Below are positions 55,101-64,000 of a stretch of DNA of 64,000 nt, piece after piece. A program made the position numbers and the translations under genes. The stretch lies in contig OZ024741.1 of the NCBI GenBank assembly GCA_964016885.1, positions 267,468,001 to 267,532,000 of the forward strand, in the 5' to 3' direction. The notes under the pieces were generated by a model that saw only the letters and a program-made list of their open reading frames with translations, was not told the DNA's origin and did not search any database. How positions within the stretch are numbered: the stretch's first letter is position 1; each line of letters begins with the position of its first letter. The stretch is from Eledone cirrhosa. Lineage: Eukaryota.

Positions 55101-58017
55101 ATCATCATCATCATCATCATCGTTTAACGTCCATGTTCCACGCTTGCATGGGTTTGGACGGGAGTTTTCCCATTTGAGGCAAGAGTGGTTGTCTTGCTCG
55201 CATAGGACTGTCTGGCGGGTTTTCTACAGCTGGATGCCCTTCCTAACACCAACCACATTTACAGTGTGGGACTGGGAGGTTTTTACCGTGTTGCCTACAC
55301 GGCCACATTACAGCGTGGACTGTGTGTTTTTTTTGTCGTGACACCTACCCGATCTCATTTGTTTCGGCCTGGATGTTGTGGCACCAACATAACTTTACAT
55401 TGAAAGGGGCGGTGTAGATGAGGTGGGGGTGGTGGGACGGGGGTGTATTTTGTTAGAGATGCCTACTGACTGTAGTAGGTTTTACGTTGTATTTAGGTAA
55501 GGCGGGTCTTCTCTATTACTGAGTGCCGCCAAAGATCTCGGTCCAGTGACATTGTCTGGGAGAGGTGTAAGTGTGTGAATTTGGAGTTTATCAGGTCGTC
55601 CCAGGTTTTTATGGGTCTGCCTACTCCGTGGCTACCGTCTATCTTTATTGCTCTGCACTTTTTTATACTGCTGTCATCTTTCATGCGCATTACGTGACCA
55701 TACCAACGTAGCCTTCTCTCGAGTAAACAACATCTGATCCCTCTTATTTCTAATTTTTCCCTTAGTTCGTTTATGCTTTACTGTTCGCGTATATTACTAT
55801 TACACGTCCAGCGAAGCATGCAAGCTTCGTTCCTCTCTAGTCTGCGTATATCCTCTGCACACAATGCCCAGGTCTCGCTGCCATGCAACATTGCTGTTCG
55901 TATGCAGGCATCATACAGCCTGCCTTTCATTTTTAGGGAGAACCCTTTAGCGGCTAATAGTGGTATAAGTTCTCTGAACTTTTTCCATCCAGTTCTGACT
56001 CTAGCTACTGTACTTTCAGAGCACCCTCCCCCACTGCTGATTTTGTCACCCAGGTAACGGAAGCTGTCCACTATTTCTATAGAACCCTCTGCGCAATTGA
56101 AAGAGCTAGTATTTTGTGGGCATTTGCTGCTACTTATTGCACCAGAGCACCAGCCACATGTAAAATCTAACCTTGCTGACTATTTCTTTATACATGGCTT
56201 GTATAGCTCTCACAAGCCATTCATCAACACCTAGTCTTCTAAGAGCCCACCAGATAATGGAACGGGAGACTCTGTCGAAGGCTTTCTCCAAGTTGACGAA
56301 AGCTAAGTATAGAGGTTTACTTTTAGCTAGGTACTTCTCCTGTAGTTGTCGTACAATGAAAAGAGCGTCTGTGGTACTTTTGCCTGACACAAACCCGAAC
56401 TGCATTTCATCTAGATCGATTCTGTCTCTGATTAGTTGCGCTATTACTTTTTCCGTGACCTTCATGACCTGGTCAATTAATTTAATGCCTCTATAGTTAC
56501 TCCTATCTAGGGCGTCTCCTTTACCCTTGTAGCAGTTAATGATGATGCTGCTACGCCAGTCCTTCGGAACAACCCCATTCTGTATGACTTGGTTTACTAT
56601 CTGGGTGACCATGGTGTGTCCCACCGTTCCAGAGGCTTTTAGCATCTCAGCAACTATTTCCGAAGGCCCAGCCGCCTTACCCATCTTCATATCTTTGATT
56701 GCCTTGCTTATTATACTACCTTCGACTAACACAGCTGGTCCCTCTATTGGGTCGATGTGGCGTAGACTGTCTTTCTCCCATTTATTCTCCTCATTTAGTA
56801 GCCTTTCGTAGTGACACTTCCAAGCTACCTTCTTATCAGCGTCAGTGATGGCAAGTACGCCATCATCATTAAGTACACACTTCTCCCCGACAATATCACG
56901 GTTTTCCTTGACACATTGCCTAGCAATCCTGAACACCTCACGTTTTTGGTCCTCGCGTTGTAGAACATGCTTTCTCTACTTCCCCCATCCCGCCATACTT
57001 TCCAAGCCTGCTTTTTGGCCTTAATTGACTCCTCCACCTTACTGTTCCACCACCATCTTACTCTCCTCCTGCCTACAGGCCTGCTCCAGCCACAGACTTC
57101 GTCTGCCGCCATCAGCAGGTTTGCTTTCAGGAATTCCCACTGTTTTTCTATATTGTACGACTCTAATTGCTCTTCCTTACTGTCGAAAGCATCAAGTAAT
57201 ATGCTTTTAAATTTATTTCTGGCTGTGGGGTCCTTTAGCTTCCATATTTTTCTCCTGAGGATAGTCATCTTCTGCTGTCAAGTACGTCTTGTCCTGACTA
57301 TGAGGTCGCTAATTATCAGTCTATGTTGGGAGGTGCATTCTTCATGGGGGAGGGATTTAGTGTTTACAACAGACACTCTGTCACGTCTTCTGGTAAGGAT
57401 ATAATCTACCTGGCTGGTATGTTCCCCTGATCTGTAGGTGATCAAGTGATTGTCTCGTTTTTTGAAGTTAGTGTTACAGATAGTTAGGTTATTTGCATCA
57501 AAGAATTCGAGGATTCTGGAGCCTTCCTCATTTCTAGTACCAAACCCATAGCCTCTGTGGATTCCGTCATAGCCGTAACAATGTTGACCAACGTGGCCAT
57601 TTAGGTCGCCAGCAATAATTATATAGTCACTGTCGGTTATTTGGGAGGTAGTGAGCATCAGTGTCTCATAGAATCTGTCTTTTATAGCGCCAGGCAGTCC
57701 GGATTGGGGCGCGTATGCCGATATTACTGTCACAGTAGTTCTATTTAGAACAAGTCTTATTTTAATTATTCTGTCATTTACTCTATTTACATCTATTATC
57801 TTATCCACCCATTTTTCTGCTAACATGATTCCTACCCCACCTATCCCATTGTCATTTCCCATCCAGAAAAGCTTATAGCAACGTTTTTTACCCACAATGA
57901 ATCTAGCAGACCTGCCCCTCCACCTGGTCTCTTGGATACAGCAAACATCAACCTCTTTACGTTCAAGCATTTCTACAACCTCATTAGAGCGGCCTTTTAA
58001 GGTGCCTACATTTATGG
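55101..58017 (-). pseudogene. RTE family A copy spanning almost the whole ORF, with internal deletions
   Basis: Runs from APE to 3'UTR. A deletion at about 56168 (TCTA microhomology) removes the YADD region, and a smaller one lies at about 56969. Confidence 0.92.
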
Positions 58018-58084
58018 ATTGTGTTTATATATGTATATATATGTATATGTATATATATGTATATATATGTATATATATATATAT

Positions 58085-58580
58085 TATTATAAAGCTGAGT
58101 GTCATGTGTATTATGTATGTATGTATGTATCCTACACACCTCCCTATAGTTTCTTAGCTTTACTCTCTCCGTCGCTCTTTCCTCTCTCTATAATAGATCA
58201 TTCCCCCTCTCTATAATTTAACTGCTTTACTCTCTCTGTCGCTCTTCACTCTCAAATATTATAAAGCTGAGCGTCGTCTCTCTCTCTCTCCCTCTTTCAC
58301 ACTCTCTATAATTTAACTGTTTTACTCTCTGTCTTTCTTCACTCTCTATATGACAACACTCTTTTACTTTCGTAGAGATGAACATCGTATGTAAATTCGG
58401 TCAACACGTATGTATCCTACACACCTCCCTATAGTTTCTTAGCTTTACTCTCTCCATTGCTCTTCCCTCTCTCTATAATAGATCATTCCCTCTCTCTATA
58501 ATTTAACTGCTTTACTCTCTGTCTCTCTTCACTTTATATGACAACACTCTTTTACTTTCTGTATCTACCTTCAATATATC
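58085..58580. repeat. Composite pyrimidine-rich subrepeat array (possible Helitron-like 5' region)
   Basis: Recurrent CTCTATAATTTAACTGCTTTACTCTCT and ATTATAAAGCTGAG units; another unit lies at 59445-59545. Confidence 0.55.
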
Positions 58581-58591
58581 AATATATACCC

Positions 58592-58874
58592 AGGTTATGC
58601 TGCACGTCGGGCTGAGGGGGCCAAACTCCTCAAATACCGGTTGCTCTCCAACAGGTTTGCGGTCGTACCCCTGGCAGTGGAGACTTCTGGTGTCCTCGGC
58701 CCCAGGGCTACCTCCTTACTCACCACCATAGGCGCTGAGCTGGCCAGCCGCAGGTGTGAGCCCCGCAAGTTGGAGTGGCTTTTCCAGCGCATCTCCCTTG
58801 CCGTCCTCCAGGGAAATGCCTTCTCCATTCTGTCCGCCGGGGCTGTGGGTGGGCCCCATCACGTACCGTTGTAG
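58592..58874 (+). pseudogene. Restriction-like endonuclease C-terminus of a CRE-like non-LTR retrotransposon
   Basis: AARRAEGAKLLKY..FAVVPLAVETSGVLG..LFQRISLAVLQGNA; a GC-rich island. Confidence 0.7.
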
Positions 58875-59653
58875 TTGTTGTATACAGATATTAACTCATC
58901 AATCCCATTATTTATATCATATATCAACATAGAGATGAGCATCGTATGTATGTTTATTTCAAAAAGATAACCTCCTTCACATTCGGTCAACACACAAGCA
59001 GGTAATACATACATCAAAAGGCAACCCTCTTAGAGAGACAGAGAGTGAAAGAGACAGATTAGGAAAACTACACACACACACACATCTAAAGAGAGAGAGA
59101 GAGGAGAGAGAGAGACAGGGAAAGAGAAACAGAGGGACGGGCAAGCAGGTAAATCATACATCTAAAATCATTTGGATACAAATATCATAATATAATGGTT
59201 GCAGAACAAAAATACAGACAAATATAATAATGTATGTATCCCACACACATTTTCTGTCGTCGCTCGCATAAGTAACACACACACACACACACACACACAT
59301 ACCCCCCACACACAAATACACATACTTTCACACCTGATTTTGCTAATAGCTGGATAACATCAAAACAAAACACACATACACAAACACACGTACACATACA
59401 CAAACACACACATATCTATACTTTATATGTATGTATGTATGTAAGATCATTCCCCCTCTCTATAATTTAACTGCTTTACTCTCTCTGTCGCTCTTCACTC
59501 TCTATATGAGAACACTGTTTTAGTTTCCGTATCTCCCTTCAATATATACACATAGAGAGAGAGAGAGAGAGAGTCGGAAGGACAATATGACATGGGAGGG
59601 TGTGTGGTATGTTTGCAGTGGAGTGGTGGCGGCAGGTATACCTAGCCAAGCGC

Positions 59654-60877
59654 CAACTTGTCTAAGACTAAAGTTCTAGTTTGTAGAAAGGAAAATAGGG
59701 CACAGGTGCCCTCAGGGAAATGGCCATGCTCAGTGTGTAGGAAAGGAGTAGGCAGAAACTCCATTTTATGTCCCAAATGCAACGTATGGGTACATAAAAG
59801 ATGTAGTGGGATCACAGGTAAACTATCTAAGAACATAGACTTTATATGTGGCCAATGCTCAGGTGCAATAAGTAGCAAGTGTCCAAAGGATACTAGCTCC
59901 TTCTATTGCCCAGATGGTTCTATAGAAATAGTAGATACTTTCCGTTACCTGGGTGACGAAATCAGCATGGTGGAGGGTGTTCTGAAAGTACAGTAGCCAG
60001 AGTCAGAACGGGATGGAAAAAGTTCAGAGAGCTTATACCGCTGTTGGCCACAAAAGGTTTCTCTCTAAAAATGAAAGGCAGATTGTATGATGCCTGTATA
60101 CCAACAGCAATGCTACATGGCAGTGAGACATGGGCATTACATGCAGAGGACCTGCGTAGACTGGAAAGGAACGAAGCATGCATGCTCCATTGGATGTGTA
60201 ATAGTAATATACGTGAACGGCAAAGCATAAATGAACTAAGTGAAAAATTAGGAATAAGAGGGATCAGATGCTGTTTACTTGAGAGAAGACTACGTTGCTA
60301 TGGTCACGTGATGCGCATGAAAGACAACAGCTGCATAAAAAAGTACAGGGCGATCAAAATTGATGGTAGTTACGGAGTAGGTAGACCCAGAAAAACCTGG
60401 AATGATCTGATAAATTCCGACCTTACACACTTACATCTCTCTAAGACAATCTCTCTGGACCGAGATCTTTGGCGCTACGCAGTAATACAGAAGACCCGCC
60501 TTGCCTATGTACAAAGCGAAACCTACAGTCAGTAGGCACCTCTTGACCAAATATACACCCCAATCCACTACCCGTACTCTATCCTCCCACTCCCACCAAC
60601 AGCACGAGATAATGAGATCAAGATCGTGTAGGTGTCATGACAAAAAACACACACAGTCCACGCTGTAATGTGGCCGTGTAGGTAACACGCTAAAAAGTTC
60701 CACACTGTAAATGTGGTTGGTGTTAGGAAGGGCATCCAGCCGTAGAAAACCTGCCAGATAATAGTCCTATATGAGCGAGACACGGTCAGCCGACCAGCCT
60801 TGCCTCAAGTGGGACAACTCCCATCTAACCCATGTTAGCGTGGAAAATGGATATTAAACGAAGATGATGATGATGAT
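59654..60877 (+). pseudogene. 5'-truncated older RTE family A-related copy
   Basis: Runs from the PHD-like cluster to the 3'UTR, with a frameshift and a (GAT)n tail into (TA)n. Confidence 0.9.
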
Positions 60878-61197
60878 ATATATGTATATATATATATATA
60901 TATACTATAAAGTATGTCCATAGAATCATTTGATAATATATATACATCATTTCCTCTCCCAATTAGCATAATTAACCACACAAAAAATCAATTAGACCAG
61001 GCTATAAGATTAAAAGGCACCTATGAAGAAACAGTAAATAAATAAACGATAGCAGCGTCTTCGCGTGCAACCACTATAGAATATTTACCCAACATTTCAA
61101 CAGCACGTGGAAATTAATTAAATACACGGTCGACCATACATAATTAGGTAAAAATTAATGTTAGATATGCTTATATACATACCAGGTTTAAATCACT

Positions 61198-61281
61198 AAA
61201 TCCAACCCTTTGGTTTCGCTCACTTTTGAGATACATTATTTAAGGTCCATACTCGAGTTTTAGAGCTCTTCAGGGGATAAA
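61198..61281 (-). ncRNA. Type-I hammerhead ribozyme
   Basis: UAUCCC-CUGAAGA-GCUC..GAGC-GAAA-CC AAAG GG-UU^GGAU. Confidence 0.65.
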
Positions 61282-61309
61282 CTCACTAGGACATATTATT
61301 TTCTGAAGT

Positions 61310-61476
61310 CTCGGTAGAGGGTCGGACGCCATGCTTTCCAGCATAGTTACGTCCCTTTACGATCTGAGTTCAAATCCCGCCGAGGTTGACTTTGCCTTTC
61401 ATCCTTACTGGGTCGATAAAATAAAGTACCAGTAATGCACTGGGTGATTGCTGGCCTTGTGCCTAAAGTAGAAACA
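61310..61476 (+). mobile_element. SINE with 15-bp target-site duplication
   Basis: ATTATTTTCTGAAGT at 61295-61309 and 61477-61491. The SINE is absent from the homologous site in the 62.4-kb copy. Confidence 0.9.
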
Positions 61477-61939
61477 ATTATTTTCTGAAGTGGCTCCCGC
61501 CAAAAACGAATTCAAAATGGTTGAGAACTGTGACACGGCAGTGGTCAAGTCAGGAAGGGTGTGATTGGTTGCTTACGGCGAGTAGGTTGGTTGCTAGAAA
61601 GCGCAGCCCAATATCGCCCAAATTTTTATCTCAACATTATGGGAGATTATTAAATACAAATATTTACACATACACCAATTAAACAAAGTCACTTTTCACG
61701 ATGTGGCTCAATGGAGAATTAATAAATTAATCAGAGCGAAATACGATGGAGTATTTATTTACTGTTTCTTCATAGATGCCTTTTATTCTTATAGCCTGGT
61801 CTAATTGATTTTTTGTGTGGTTAATTATGCTGATTGGGAGTAGAGATGATGTATATATATTATCAAATGATTCTCTGGACATGTTTTACTCTATAGTATA
61901 TTTGTATATATGTATATATATGTGTATGTATATATATGT

Positions 61940-61974
<35 letters not shown>

Positions 61975-62239
61975 TATATATATCTATATATATATAAATG
62001 CAAGTTTACCATTCTGTGTGTCCGCCTAAAACTAGCAAACTACCGGACCAAACTCCTCAAAATTACATGTACATAGTCACTATACACTCGGACAGGTAAC
62101 GGTCGAAAAAGTTTGGGTTCGACTCCCATGTACGTCAATACTCATCTTTTTCCATTTCTCCGAGGGTTCTTAACCCCACTATCAGGCTAAATAATTTCTT
62201 TAATTTCTTTAGTCAAAATACGGCGATAGCTTACATTTC

Positions 62240-62772
62240 TAATAATTTCAAACTCGCTCCCATATACCGTCAACCATACACAATTGGGTATAAAATTAAA
62301 GTTAGAAGAAATGCGTACACACTTACCGGGATTATGCTCTACCCTCGGGTTTCGTTCGCATTTTGAGATATCCTATTAAGGATAAAATCTGGAGCTTCGA
62401 ACTCGTCAGGAAACAAACTCATAGGACAAGTCATTTTCTAAAGTGATCCCCGCCAGAAATAAATTCAAAATGGCTAAGAATCGTGACATGGCAGTTGTCA
62501 AGTCAGAAAGAATGTGCTTGGTTGCTTACGGCGAGTGGGCTGGTTGCTAGAAAGCGCAGCCCAATATTGCATCTCAACCTAATGGGAGATTATTAAATAT
62601 AAAGATTTACATATACACAAACTAAACAAAGTCACAGATATATATGTTTTTGTAACCATTCACGATGTGGCTCAACGATGAATTAATAAATTAAACAATC
62701 AGAGCAATATACTATAAAGTATGTCCAAAGAATCATTTGATAATATATATACACCATTTCCTCTCCCAATTA
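62240..62772 (-). mobile_element. Retrozyme-like repeat, copy 2 (contains the head-to-tail junction)
   Basis: Homologous to 61125-61740 and then runs directly into sequence matching 60902-60965. Confidence 0.65.
62335..62416 (-). ncRNA. Type-I hammerhead ribozyme
   Basis: UGUUUC-CUGACGA-GUUCG..(AGAU..AUCCU UAAU AGGAU AUCU)..CGAAC-GAAA-CC CGAG GG-UA^GAGCA. Confidence 0.75.
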
Positions 62773-62794
62773 TATATATATGTATATATATATG

Positions 62795-62838
<44 letters not shown>

Positions 62839-62839
62839 C

Positions 62840-63005
62840 GTTACCACGAACCAAAGTATCGTCTTCCTGTCTTCCTCCGGTTGCAACGTTTTTTGAAATA
62901 TCCAGTTCTGTGTTTACAGATTGACTTTGTTAGTTTCAGAAGATCCCGTCAAGGGTGAAAGCAACGATTCTTTGCTTAAACTTTAATCTGTTATTTTAAT
63001 AAATA
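62840..63005 (+). repeat. Copy of the CAGAAGA-hammerhead repeat family (fold at 62932-62982)
   Basis: Homologous to 28660-28826; ends in AATAAA plus (TA)n. Confidence 0.75.
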
Positions 63006-63033
63006 TATATATATGTATATGTATGTATGTATG

Positions 63034-63096
<63 letters not shown>

Positions 63097-63099
<3 letters not shown>

Positions 63100-64000
63100 A
63101 GTTAATATAAATTAATATATGATAAACACATACGTGTTTGTATTGTAAATGACCAAGTTAGCTAGAATGAAATAAACTAATTCAAATAAATATAGTTTGC
63201 CTGTCTCAATTTAAAATAATAAATCAATAAAAACAAACCCATATTGGCAATAACTGTGATACCTGGACAAATTTAAATTTCAAAATCCAAACCTGTTCCG
63301 CAGACAAATCTGAATTTCAAAACCCAAATAAGTTTCGCAACAATAGTATAAAAAAGTGAAAGATTCCATTTTCTGTGTTCATCAACAGGTATCCAGAAAA
63401 TTAGGATGTTTCACCTCGAAATATTTTTGGAGGTCTGGTGTACAAGCGCAAACGCACGTGGTTTTCCAGCTCACTAGCTACCCCATACTCACGGTGCTAG
63501 AAATAACAGCCGTTTATATGGGATTAAAATTTAGCTCAACAAAAGGAGCCGTAATATTATATTATATTTAGAGTTATAAACTCAAACAGTATTTTACAAT
63601 TAATTAGCTCAAAGAAAGAAGCATTTCTGAGCCGTGAAATACAAGTTAATATAAATTAATTATTTCTACTATTGGCACAAGGCCAGCAATTACCCAGTAC
63701 ATTACTGGTACTTTATTTTATCGACCCCGTAAGGATGAAAGGCAAAGTCAACCTCGGCGGGATTTGAACTCAGATCGCAAAGGGACGTAACTATGCTGGA
63801 AAGCATGGCGTCCGACCAACACATACGTGTTGGTATTGTAAATGACCAAGTTAGCTAGAATGAAATAAACTAATTCAAATAAATATAGTTTGCTTGTCTC
63901 AATTTAAAATAATAAATTTAAAATAATAAATCAATAAAAACAAACCCATATGGGTTTGTTTTTATTGATTTATTATTTTAAATAAATATAGTTTGCCTGT
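63097..64000. repeat. Tandem duplication of an AT-rich unit of about 545 bp; the second copy carries a SINE (63660-63817) and a 68-bp palindrome
   Basis: ACAAGTTAATATAAATTAAT at 63097 and 63641; shared downstream block 63126-63243 / 63819-63950. Confidence 0.75.

Larger units (their letters stand above)
60902..61900 (-). mobile_element. Retrozyme-like / non-autonomous PLE-type repeat, copy 1, with terminal inverted segment
   Basis: About 650-bp unit (excluding the SINE) homologous to 62240-62772. 61752-61900 is an inverted copy of 60902-61045. Contains a hammerhead. Confidence 0.65.

Noticed and set aside
60902-61900. MITE with 140-bp TIRs
   Set aside because: The homologous copy at 62240-62772 has the same segment in direct head-to-tail orientation, and the unit contains a hammerhead. 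A PLE-style inversion fits better.
61985-62200. Helitron-like 5' end (TATATAAATGC..TCTGTGTGTCCGCCTAAAACT)
   Set aside because: It resembles 49057-49150, but no matching 3' hairpin or CTRR end was found, so it is not called as an element.

Overview
This is eukaryotic, AT-rich, very repeat-dense genomic DNA. The microsatellite style and the SINE/LINE families suggest a coleoid cephalopod (Octopus-like); that assignment is inference. The only host gene I can support is four phase-consistent GT-AG exons of a coiled-coil FAM184-like gene on the + strand (36.2-48.9 kb). The rest is nested mobile DNA. It includes one RTE-clade LINE with an intact 1006-aa ORF (APE-RT-PHD-like), many truncated copies abutting (TA)n tracts, and other RTE families. 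It also holds three Penelope-like elements (PLEs), Helitrons (one with STPR-type repeats), a mariner remnant, Tx1/L1, CR1, Vingi and CRE-like fragments, and tRNA-derived SINEs. The most interesting signal is non-coding: about a dozen type-I hammerhead ribozyme folds in several repeat families. These include a retrozyme-like head-to-tail repeat with covarying stem II (61-62.8 kb), a four-copy family with a conserved non-canonical CAGAAGA core, and a U3-A8 variant inside an 18-bp stem. All folds were made by eye and none is experimentally verified. Most short ORFs in the track are microsatellite or antisense-LINE artefacts.
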